Origin: Neoechinorhynchus agilis
Lineage: Eukaryota > Animalia > Acanthocephala
Assembly (NCBI GenBank): GCA_051530055.1
Contig: CM121342.1
Location: 6,926,864 to 6,990,863 of the forward strand
Length of the DNA: 64,000 nucleotides
Direction: 5' to 3'
The notes beneath the pieces were generated by a model. It had not been told where the DNA came from, did no database searches, and worked only from the letters and a program-made list of their open reading frames with translations. How positions within the stretch are numbered: the first letter of the stretch is position 1; each line of letters opens with the position of its first letter. Of the stretch, positions 23,590 to 35,010 are shown piece by piece. Made by a program: the position numbers and the translations under genes.

Positions 23590-24618
23590 ATGGCACCTTT
23601 TAAGCTGTTGATGTTCGACTCGAAGCAGTACGACGAAGATTACTTCAATTTAAAGTTGAAAGCCTTGAATCTGGACCAAAAGATTGAAATCACTTATAAA
23701 AGTGTTCGCCTTAATGAAGAAGAGGCTCAAAAAGTGTCTGGATTCGACGGTGTTTGTCTTTTTGTGAACGATGTTTGCGACGAAGCTACAGTCAGCGCAT
23801 TGGCCTCAAATAAGGTTAAACTTTTGGTTCTAAGATGTGCTGGATTCAACAATGTTGCCGTCAAACACGCTAATTCTCTGGGTCTAAAGGTTGTCCGTGT
23901 ACCGGCCTACAGTCCATTCGCAGTAGCAGAACATTCAGTCGCTCTCTTATTGACCCTCAATCGACACCTTCACACTGCATACAACCGCGTCCGGAACTCT
24001 AATTTCTCCCTGGATAACCTTGTTGGATTCGATCTTCATGGTAAAACTGTTGGCGTCGTCGGTACTGGTAAAATCGGCAAGTGTGCCATTGCCATCTTTA
24101 AAGGATTCGGTTGCCATGTTCTCGCTTTCGATATCTACGAAGATAAAGAAACTGCTTCCAAACTTCAATACGAATACACCAGTCTTGATCGTCTGTTAAA
24201 AGAAAGTGATGTGATCAGCCTGTATGCTCCTTTGACTAAAGAAAATTATCATATGATCAATTCGGAATCAATCAATAAAATGAAACATGGAGTCTACATT
24301 GTCAATACCGGTCGTGGTCCACTCATTGACGCAAATGCACTATTGGAAGGATTGAAAAATGGAAAAGTCGGTGGAGCTTGTTTAGATGTTTACGAAAATG
24401 AATCAGGAGTATTTTATAATGACATGTCTTCTAAAGTTCTCCAAGATGATGTATTAGCGAGATTTATCAATATGCCCAATGTTATCATCACTTCGCATCA
24501 GGCTTATTTGACCTCGGATGCTTTGGATGCCATCTCTTGTTGCAGTCTTTGCAATATTAAAGAATTCTTGGAGGAAAAGACGCTTACTAATGTTGTCACT
24601 GATGAAATGGTCATTTAG
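23590..24618 (+). CDS. ldhA: NAD-dependent D-lactate dehydrogenase, LdhA-type D-2-hydroxyacid dehydrogenase (342 aa, intronless)
   Basis: Motifs LRCAGFNNV, RVPAYSPFAVAEH, GFDLHGKTVGVVGTGKIG (Rossmann), NTGRG (Arg), LDVYENE (Glu) and ITSHQAYLT (His). Most plausible start is ATG at 23590. Confidence 0.93.
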   Translation: MAPFKLLMFDSKQYDEDYFNLKLKALNLDQKIEITYKSVRLNEEEAQKVSGFDGVCLFVNDVCDEATVSALASNKVKLLVLRCAGFNNVAVKHANSLGLKVVRVPAYSPFAVAEHSVALLLTLNRHLHTAYNRVRNSNFSLDNLVGFDLHGKTVGVVGTGKIGKCAIAIFKGFGCHVLAFDIYEDKETASKLQYEYTSLDRLLKESDVISLYAPLTKENYHMINSESINKMKHGVYIVNTGRGPLIDANALLEGLKNGKVGGACLDVYENESGVFYNDMSSKVLQDDVLARFINMPNVIITSHQAYLTSDALDAISCCSLCNIKEFLEEKTLTNVVTDEMVI

Positions 24619-24876
24619 AAGTTTGGTAAGTGCTTTTTCGCGAAATAAACAACAACATTTTATTCCGTTCTCAAAAATATCCATGAGTGAAGGTGAAATT
24701 GTTTTTAGAAAATTCTCAATAAAACTGATTGGCGCTTTTTTTACAATAAAAATATCATCGAATTTTGGAATTTAAACAGAATTTTAGATTCTAACGTCAT
24801 TTTTTAAGATGTGCTAAGCAACCTTTTCAATTTGAAGCAGAAAAAACTGCCACCAACTAGAATAAAGTGCACAAAA

Positions 24877-27800
24877 ATCAAAGGTTAATTCAGAACAAAA
24901 GAACCGAAATTTATACCACACTGCACCTTACAACATTGGGACTTGTTCGTTTAATCTGACCTCAGCCTCGATTTTATCCGCTTATTACCCCGGAATCGAC
25001 CTTATTTCTATTGGGGAAATTTTGTTCCGATTACACTCAAATCAAAGGTTAATTCAGAACAAAAGAACAGAAATTTACACCACTCTGCACCTTACAACAT
25101 TGAGACTTGTTCGTTTAATCTGACCTCAGCCTCGATTTTATCCGCTTATTACCCCGGAATCGACCTTATTTCTATTGGGGAAGTTTTGTTCCGATTACAC
25201 TCAAATCAAAGGTTAATTCAGAACAAAAGAACAGAATTTACACCACTCTGCACCTTACAACATTGAGACTTGTTCGTTTAATCTGACCTCAGCCTCGATG
25301 TTATCCGCTTATTACCCCGGAATCGACCTTATTTCTATTGGGGAAGTTTTGTTCCGATTACACTCAAATCAAAGGTTAATTCAGAACAAAAGAACAGAAA
25401 TATACACCACTCTGCACCTTACAACATTGAGACTTGTTCGTTTAATCTGGCCTCAGCCTCGATTTTATCCGCTTATTACCCCGGAATCGACCTTATTTCT
25501 ATTGGGGAAGTTTTGTTCCGATTACACTCAAATCAAAGGTTAATTCAGAACAAAAGAACAGAAATTTACACCACTCTGCACCTTACAACATTGAGACTTG
25601 TTCGTTTAATCTGACCTCAGCCTCGATTTTATCCGCTTATTACCCCGGAATCGACCTTATTTCTATTGGGGAAGTTTTGTTCCGATTACACTCAAATCAA
25701 AGGTTAATTCAGAACAAAAGAACAGAAATATACACCACTCTGCACCTTACAACATTGAGACTTGTTCGTTTAATCTGACCTCAGCCTCGATGTTATCCGC
25801 TTATTACCCCGGAATCGACCTTATTTCTATTGGGGAAATTTTGTTCCGATTACACTCAAATCAAAGGTTAATTCAGAACAAAAGAACAGAAATATACACC
25901 ACTCTGCACCTTACAACATTGAGACTTGTTCGTTTAATCTGACCTCAGCCTCGATGTTATCCGCTTATTACCCCGGAATCGACCTTATTTCTATTGGGGA
26001 AGTTTTGTTCCGATTACACTCAAATCAAAGGTTAATTCAGAACAAAAGAACAGAAATTTACACCACTCTGCACCTTACAACATTGAGACTTGTTCGTTTA
26101 ATCTGACCTCAGCCTCGATGTTATCCGCTTATTACCCCGGAATCGACCTTATTTCTATTGGGGAAATTTTGTTCCGATTACACTCAAATCAAAGGTTAAT
26201 TCAGAACAAAAGAACAGAAATTTACACCACTCTGCACCTTACAACATTGAGACTTGTTCGTTTAATCTGGCCTCAGCCTCGATTTTATCCGCTTATTACC
26301 CCGGAATCGACCTTATTTCTATTGGGGAAGTTTTGTTCCGATTACACTCAAATCAAAGGTTAATTCAGAACAAAAGAACAGAAATTTACACCACTCTGCA
26401 CCTTACAACATTGAGACTTGTTCGTTTAATCTGACCTCAGCCTCGATTTTATCCGCTTATTACCCCGGAATCGACCTTATTTCTATTGGGGAAGTTTTGT
26501 TCCGATTACACTCAAATCAAAGGTTAATTCAGAACAAAAGAACAGAAATATACACCACTCTGCACCTTACAACATTGAGACTTGTTCGTTTAATCTGACC
26601 TCAGCCTCGATGTTATCCGCTTATTACCCCGGAATCGACCTTATTTCTATTGGGGAAATTTTGTTCCGATTACACTCAAATCAAAGGTTAATTCAGAACA
26701 AAAGAACAGAAATATACACCACTCTGCACCTTACAACATTGAGACTTGTTCGTTTAATCTGGCCTCAGCCTCGATGTTATCCGCTTATTACCCCGGAATC
26801 GACCTTATTTCTGTTGGGGAAGTTTTGTTCCGATTACACTCAAATCAAAGGTTAATTCAGAACAAAAATATACACCACTCTGCACCTTACAACATTGAGA
26901 CTTGTTCGTTTAATCTGACCTCAGCCTCGATGTTATCCGCTTATTACCCCGGAATCGACCTTATTTCTATTGGGGAAGTTTTGTTCCGATTACACTCAAA
27001 TCAAAGGTTAATTCAGAACAAAAGAACAGAAATATACACCACTCTGCACCTTACAACATTGAGACTTGTTCGTTTAATCTGGCCTCAGCCTCGATTTTAT
27101 CCGCTTATTACCCCGGAATCGACCTTATTTCTATTGGGGAAATTTTGTTCCGATTACACTCAAATCAAAGGTTAATTCAGAACAAAAGAACCGAAATTTA
27201 CACCACTCTGCACCTTACAACATTGAGACTTGTTCGTTTAATCTGACCTCAGCCTCGATGTTATCCGCTTATTACCCCGGAATCGACCTTATTTCTATTG
27301 GGGAAGTTTTGTTCCGATTACACTCAAATCAAAGGTTAATTCAGAACAAAAGAACAGAAATATACACCACTCTGCACCTTACAACATTGAGACTTGTTCG
27401 TTTAATCTGGCCTCAGCCTCGATTTTATCCGCTTATTACCCCGGAATCGACCTTATTTCTATTGGGGAAATTTTGTTCCGATTACACTCAAATCAAAGGT
27501 TAATTCAGAACAAAAGAACAGAAATTTACACCACTCCGCACCTTACAACATTGAGACTTGTTCGTTTAATCTGGCCTCAGCCTCGATTTTATCCGCTTAT
27601 TACCCCGGAATCGACCTTATTTCTATTGGGGAAGTTTTGTTCCGATTACACTCAAATCAAAGGTTAATTCAGAACAAAAGAACAGAAATTTACACTATTC
27701 CGCACCTTACAACATTGAGACTTGTTCGTTTAATCTGACCTCAGCCTCGATGTTATCCGCTATTACCCCGGAATCGACCTTATTTCTATTGGGGAAGTTT

Positions 27801-28447
27801 TGTTCCGATTACACTCAAATCAAAGGTTAATTCAGAACAAAAGAACAGAAATATACACCACTCTGCACCTTACAACATTGAGACTTGTTCGTTTAATCTG
27901 GCCTCAGCCTCGATTTTATCCGCTTATTACCCCGGAATCGACCTTATTTCTGTTGAGGAAGTTTTGTTCCGATTACACTCAAATCAAAGGTTAATTCAGA
28001 ACAAAAGAACCGAAATTTACACCACTCCGCACCTTACAACATTGAGACTTGTTCGTTTAATCTGACCTCAGTCTCGATGTTATCCGCTTATTACCCCGGA
28101 ATCGAGCTTATTTCTGTTGAGGAAGTTTTGTTCCGATTACACTCAAATCAAAGGTTAATTCAGAACAAAAGAACAGAAACATACACCACTCTGCATCTTA
28201 CAACATTGAGACTTGTTCGTTTAATCTGGCCTCAGCCTCGATTTTATCCGCTTATTACCCCGGAATCGAGCTTATTTCTATTGGGGAAATTTTGTTCCGA
28301 TTACTCTCAAATCAAAGGTTAATTCAGAACAAAACCGACATTTGCACAACTCCGCACCTTACAACATTGAGACTTGTTCGTTTAATCTGGCCTCAGTCTC
28401 GATGTTACCCGCTTATTACCCCGGAATCGACCTTATTTCTATTGGGA
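24877..28447. repeat. Tandem array, 164-bp monomer, ~22 copies
   Basis: aatcaaaggttaattcagaac recurs at 25040, 25204 and onward. Monomers are highly homogeneous, with an 8-bp deletion near 26865 and degraded terminal units. Confidence 0.98.
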
Positions 28448-28628
28448 ATTTTGGGTAATTTTATACTTTTAAAATTCATCTTCTTAAAATTAGTAATTCT
28501 ATGACTGACTACAATGCATTTTGTCTGCGTACAATATGGGTTCGTTTTGTTTTTTCTGTAATTGGTTTATTCTCAAAAGGTTTATTGATTTACAATATAT
28601 ATGTTCAATGAACAATGTTTGAATGGTG

Positions 28629-31150
28629 TTAGACATGAGTTGGTTTCTCCTCAATGTAGGTTCCATTACTGACACTATGTGACATTCGGCTCATTCCGAG
28701 CATTGTTGCATGATCCGTTGCACTGATTGAAGGTAATCTTAGTGGTTGTCGTGATCCGGGTGCGTTTTTATAGTCATAGCTGGAACGCGAAATGCTGTTA
28801 TTTTTATGTTCTCCAATATTGTGGTTGTAGAGGTTTCCAAGAGACGAGTATGGTGGAGGTGATGGCTAAACAATTCTTTTTTAAACCGAATAATTTTGCA
28901 ATTGTAGTGTGCTTACCACTCTTATTTCAGACCGATCGATAGTGCTTCTATTTGCCCGTTCAACGTGAATGAGAGTGCCTCGTCCATTCGGGTAATCACT
29001 CATACTTCTTGGAATTGTTGCCGATCCATTTAGGAATCCATTTTGTTCCTCATTGGGTCGAACTGGATCGACGAATTCCACATGACCATTAAGCCCAATG
29101 ACGGACGTTGAATTGGCTATCAATGTCTTATGATTGAAACACTTTCTACCCTTTAACAATCTAAATATTCAAGATGGTTTATAGGACGACGTCTCCAAAT
29201 GCCTCCATTTCCATCGTAAAAATACTCACTTTCCTCCAAAATGGTCGCCTAAATTATTAGGACGAAGAAATGACAAACAACGAGTGACTCTTCTAGACGT
29301 ACTGTAGCAAGTAGACATTCGTGCCCATCGATTCCTTCTATGAATACATATTAGAATCGATATTAATATAAGGAAAATAACAGCTCCAAGCATAGATCCT
29401 GCTATAAGGGACGCAGCTCTTCTGAATCCCACATTATTTTCAGTAAGTGATCTTACGTTTGCTAAGAAATCATTTACGATGAGTTCAAGCGGACGGAAAT
29501 TAAAATAAGAATTACTTGTGAGGTGAATAGTGAACTTTTGCTCGTACGTTTGTCCATTCGCAGATCCACGACATGATATGTTAAAAGTGCCCGATGTTGA
29601 GCGTTGGAACTTATAATATCTTCCCGTCCCAATGATCTGCATAGATTCATCAGCAGTGTCATCGTCTGTTCTACTCCAAGTGATCAATGGTTCTGGGTAG
29701 GCAATTATTCCACATTTAAGAAGCATCGGTTGTCCGCTGTAATTGCTAATTACCGAGACATCATCTTCTCCTTGCTCTAACTCAGGTCCATCTAAACGAG
29801 AACATTAATCACATTTAGATATCCATCAATAACTCACATCTTAGTTTAAGAGACGAACTGACCGACGCAATCGTTGTTTCGTTAATCTTCTCTAAAAGAG
29901 AACAAACCAAAGATTTGCCATGATCAGATCGGCTCCAATGCTTATGCAATCTGGATTCAATTGACAATTTTTGTGAATAATTATCGAAATTGGCTACTGT
30001 GGTTTCGTCTTCAATGTCCTCATTATCGATTTGCCATCCGATTTTTAAGAAATCTTCAATCATTCCATATGTCGTATTGGTGGTTAGAACATTAAATTGG
30101 CAACTTGGTGCTCGGTGCCTCGGATCACGGACGTATTGTCCATTGATTGTGCGAGTTTCATAAATCGCGGAATCGTTTTTTATCGATGAAGTGTTTTCTT
30201 GGTCTTCAATAGCCGCTAAAACCAATTCAGCTTCATAAATCGGATTTGTTCTGTTTTGACTAGTGTACATTAGAGTGTAGAGGCCAATGTAGTTATTATC
30301 GAGAGCACTGATTTCCATCGTTCTATTTGTGAACGATAAACGGTCTTTTACGCTTTCACGGGTGAATATTTCCCTGGCGTATACGATCGTTCCGTTAAAA
30401 TGTACGATCGATAAGATGTAATCCGTAAGATTCTTAAGTTCAAACGTGTATGGAGCGTCGTAGAGTCCGACATGGATGTATTTTTTCATTGGTATATTAA
30501 TTGTGGTCGATGAAACAACTCTTAGTCCAAGGAAAATGAGGAGAACTAAAAGGGTTTATAATTGATAGAGCCTTTAAACGGCGAAAGCTACGCAAATAAA
30601 TCAACTATATCTAGGTTGTACAAATGTCAAATTAAAGAAAGATCTGTTGTGTGGTCTTTTTCTAAGCTTACATTTACTCGGACGAATAGCGACAAATTGC
30701 ATGTTGGTTGCCGAAGAGTTCAGAATGAAAAAAAGAAGACAGTTGGTGGCAAACGCAAATAAAATCAGAGGCGGCGCCAATATTTTACACGGTACATTCG
30801 ACTGCTACAAGTGTCTATCTCGACGACTACTCGGCCACGGGAATAGGTTTACCTGTCTACGGTCTTTAATTTTAAAGCAGACTGTATCAGCGGTTTCTAC
30901 CAATGGTCGTGAAGTGGTCAAGCAGTAGTCTAGACGTGGAACACAAAATTCGAATAAACATTTAAAAAAGAAGAAAAAAGGTGACGGTTTGTTAGCTGCT
31001 GCTGCCGCCGCCAAATGGTAAATAGTGAAAATTTTAAAATTGCGTATTTCAGATTACAAATAAAGGGTACTTTGGATGGCGACGTTTAAGGACGTTAATT
31101 GCTTAAAAACTATATTGAAATTAATATTTACCTAAGACCATGATCATCAT
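28629..31150 (-). CDS. Type I membrane Ig-superfamily protein (nectin/CADM/Neph-like layout), 5 coding exons
   Basis: Exon 31150-31132 (MMIMVL) splices in phase to 30545-29838 (signal, Ig-like D1, C2-set-like D2 with C...W...SLVC). A 46-nt intron leads to 29791-~29233 (LKCGIIAYPEPLITW Ig, TM LIAGSMLGAVIFLILISILICI). Two tail exons follow, ending PSPPPYSSL...EKPTHV*. Confidence 0.8.
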
Positions 31151-32699
31151 GCCTTATTGACTATGCAAGCGAGAGAGCTGTTGAAGAATTGGAAGGTAAA
31201 TTTGTTCTGTTACTGGTGTCGATGTGTCTCTAGAAATGATGGAGAGGAGTGTGAGGAAGATGGTATCATTAGTACTTTATAGCGTTGGGCAGTTGAGTGC
31301 GAGGTAAAGTGAGAGAACAATGATCACCATGTCCGACCGTAAAATGGTGATTGGAGTTGACCAGACACTCGCTGGTTAGGAGACATTGGAAGAATAAATC
31401 GGTTCATGGTCTTTGAAATTAAAACTATCTTAATTGTCAACTCCAGAAAAAAATACTTAATTTAAAAGGTCGGTATTCTACGCCTCAGATTCTGATTGGT
31501 CCAAGGCGGCCGTTTGATGTCTTTGTTACTTCCTGAAAAAAAGGCACGAGTGCAATTAAGAAAGGACATCAATTGATTGCGCAATCGAAAATAAAATTCT
31601 TCATTGAAATTAAAGATACTCAGTCAATCTCTACTTAAATCGTTCTTTCCCAATTTACTCAATGGCAATAAAATCACTTCGCCTGTTTTTTTCAGGAATA
31701 TGCTAGTTTTTCCCAATATTTCTCACTTTCACTATAGATACTGTCGGTTCAGCTATTTTTCATAGTAAACCGGACAAATCTTAATTTTGGCAAATTATAT
31801 GAAGAAATACGTCTTTGGGAAAGAAATCGTAGCAAATAGAGCAATTTTTTGGTTCATTGAGTAATTTTCCCGGAAAATGCGATAATCACATTAAAAAACA
31901 ACGGAAGGTTCAAAATAGATGAGACTTGAAGACACAACTGAGCAAAAAAATTGATTTCAAAATACTACGTCTTCGTTTTTGTGTGCGTGTTAAGAAAAGT
32001 TACAGTAGACAAGATATTTGGTTTGGTAGATCCAAGTGTTGTGCTCTAGTTAATAAATGAGAACCACAAGTTCTACGGTCAATGTCCTTCATTCCGAGAA
32101 CAGCTTCGAACTAATCCAAATATTATCTTAGTTGCAGTTTGATACAGGTTGGACTGCTTCATTAGTATGATAGTTGGACCGCAAGCTCAACGGTCCGCCG
32201 ATGGACAGATCGATCTGTCTGACGACAATCAACAAGTTGCCTATAATCAAAATGGATTATTATGGTATGTGTGAGGTATTGATGCCAGTTTAAGAACTTG
32301 AATATGTCATCCACGAAGGCGTTTGGTACAAAATCGATTCGGTCTAGTAGCACTCTGACCTCGTAGGGACAATGCGGACTAGACGACCCAGATAAGGTCT
32401 GCATTGAGCGTGACGGACAAAGGCCATCTTACTACCATAATAATACATTTGAGCAAAAAGCTTTATGCTCGATTATTGAACGGTCCATTGAGTGTAAAAT
32501 ACCCGAAAAAAATCCCAATTATAGGCGGGAAATACGCATTTCTCGTAGATTATGGTTTTAGGTGTTCTATATATCTCTAGATTATATCGAGAGCGACTCT
32601 CCTTAACGAAAAATACATCTATCATGAACCATACGGATCGTTTCGATATGAGCTCTATCACACAAACATCGCTAGAAAAAAAACTTTGGTGATCATCAA

Positions 32700-33298
32700 A
32701 ATAAAGAATTTTAAGCTTCAATGTTTAAAAAAGAAGAAACCTGAAAAGTCCGACGAAACGGACGAAATGTTGCGAGAACACTTGAATAAACGAACTTCTT
32801 TACAAAAACGGTCATTAGTTCTATAAAAATGAGGTTTTCAAACGTAAAAAAACTATGGATGTTCTTTAGTGATTATCAAAAGACTCTTTTAAGCTTCAAT
32901 GTTTAAAATGAAGAAACCTGAAAAGTCCAACGAAACGGACGAAATATTGCGAGAACACTTGAATAAACGAACTTCTTTACAAAAACTGTCATTAGTTCTA
33001 TAAAAATGAGGTTTTCAAACGTAAAAAACCCATGGATATTCTTTAGTGATTATCAAAAGACTCTTTTAAGCTTCAATGTTTAAAAAAGAAGAAACCTGAA
33101 AAGTCCGACGAAACGGACGAAATATTGCGAGAACACTTGAATAAACGAACTTTTTCACAAAAACTGTCATTAGTTCTATAAAAATGAGGTTTTCAAACGT
33201 AAAAAAAACTATGGATGTTCTTTAGTGATTATCAAAAGACTCTTTTAAGCTTCAATGTTTAAAAAAGAAGAAACCTGAAAAGTCCGACGAAACGGACG
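32700..33298. repeat. Tandem array, ~178-bp monomer, ~3.3 copies
   Basis: ttttaagcttcaatg recurs at 32709, 32887, 33064 and 33243. Confidence 0.95.
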
Positions 33299-33300
33299 TG

Positions 33301-33398
33301 GTTGTTTTGTGGCCAAGAAATTGAAATGATTTTATATGCACAATCTTGTTTGTACGCTTTTAAGAAATGATTTCAATTTCTTGCCCATAAAACAACCA
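33301..33398. mobile_element. MITE-like element with ~33-bp terminal inverted repeats
   Basis: ggttgttttgtggccaagaaattgaaatgattt pairs with aaatgatttcaatttcttgcccataaaacaacc (3 mismatches). Confidence 0.7.
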
Positions 33399-35010
33399 AT
33401 ATGAACAGTTCAATATTGAACCATTTGAATAAATAACGACTTCTTTACAAGATCTATGGAGCAAAATGTCCCGGACGAGGTATGAAACGTCTTAAAAAAA
33501 GAAACATCGATTTTTCTCTAATTTTTGCGTAAAAACCATTGTCAGAGGATGCAATTTATAAGATAATGTAGAATAAAACGCTAATTTTTTTGAGTTCATG
33601 GATGATCTTGCCGTTTTGCATATTATCCAGTCATGGCAAGACACGCCCACCGTGAAATGTACACTATCATGTAATAGCGATTAGGCGTGCAATTGTTGAT
33701 TTATAGTTTCATTGGACGGACGAAGGACACTATAATTTCTGAAATGACCATCTTGGGATAAATATTTTGTTTTATTACCAACTATTTTAATGTTAACTAT
33801 TCAGCAGTAATTAGAAGAGAGCATTGTAGAATACATCACTGGTCAATGCTGTACATAAAATCTGGGAAAAAATCCTTTTAAACTTTTCCAAGTAGTCATT
33901 TTGGCGCACTGAAAAATATGCGATAATCGAATTTGAGCTTTTTTGAGCAAATATTTTTTATCTCAGAACTGAGATTTTTTAATATTAGCGTTGGTATTCG
34001 TCTCGGCTTAGTCCATGCAAAAGATATTGCAATCTCGGACATGATGTGTTACGGAGAAACACCGGATGCATATCGACTATGCTATATGGAATTTTTAATA
34101 GACAAAATAAATCAGTTAAATTCTTTTTTTTTATGTCTAACAATAATAGTCAACGTTTCGTAATTTAACTCGGTTAAAAAGTCGTGAACTCAAACGGGTT
34201 TTTTTTATCTTTTTTGCCTTAGTTTAATTTTAAAATCTCGTGCTGAAACTTTAAATTTGCCTTAAAGTTGACGCCTTTGCGCTGATCAACTAGATTTTTA
34301 AGCACATTCCAGAAAAACTTACAAGCAATTCCGAAGACTTCAATTCGCTTTGACCAAAACAATGAATATTATTAGCTTCATTTTTAAAGCAAACAACCAG
34401 TTAATTGTGATATACTTCGACGTTTTAAGAATCTTTTCCATTTAAGCAAATTTGATTTGTCGGACCTTCTCTTTTAAGCGATTTTCATGCTCAAAAAATG
34501 TACTATTCTCACGATTATGTAAAATTCTTATTATCTTTTTTGGGCATCCAGTAAGAAGGACAAAGAACTTTTCTGCAAAATGTGCAGTTTTGCCATTCAA
34601 ATTTTATTAGTTAAAACCAAACGCTTTTCATTCGAATAAATTCCACTGGTGCTTAATCTGTAATTTTCGCTGAATTCTTTTTTAAGAAAAATGTACGCTT
34701 TCCTTAACTCGTTTCTCAGAAAACAAGTTAATGTTACAGGTTTTTTTTATTCTGTGTTGCTTCTTCGAGAATCCTTTCATTCCATCAATAACTTAGACTA
34801 CAAGGTACCCTTGGTCCGCGTTTCATTTTGTTTACAAAGTCGAATTACTCCAAAAAGTTGGTTTCCGTTCAAAGACTCAATAGACTAATTTAGAGATATT
34901 GAGATTCTCGATTGAACTCCTTCAAAAAATTTGCACTTAAGCAAAACAAGCTTAGATTAGTTTGGAAACCAAAAAACACATACACATTGGAGTTACCGAA
35001 CGGATTTAAT

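Noticed and set aside
25298-28504. Repeated 64-133-aa ORFs (MLSAYYPGIDL...), and a possible CRISPR-like array
   Set aside because: By-products of the 164-bp satellite. Monomers are fully repeated with no unique spacers and no cas genes.
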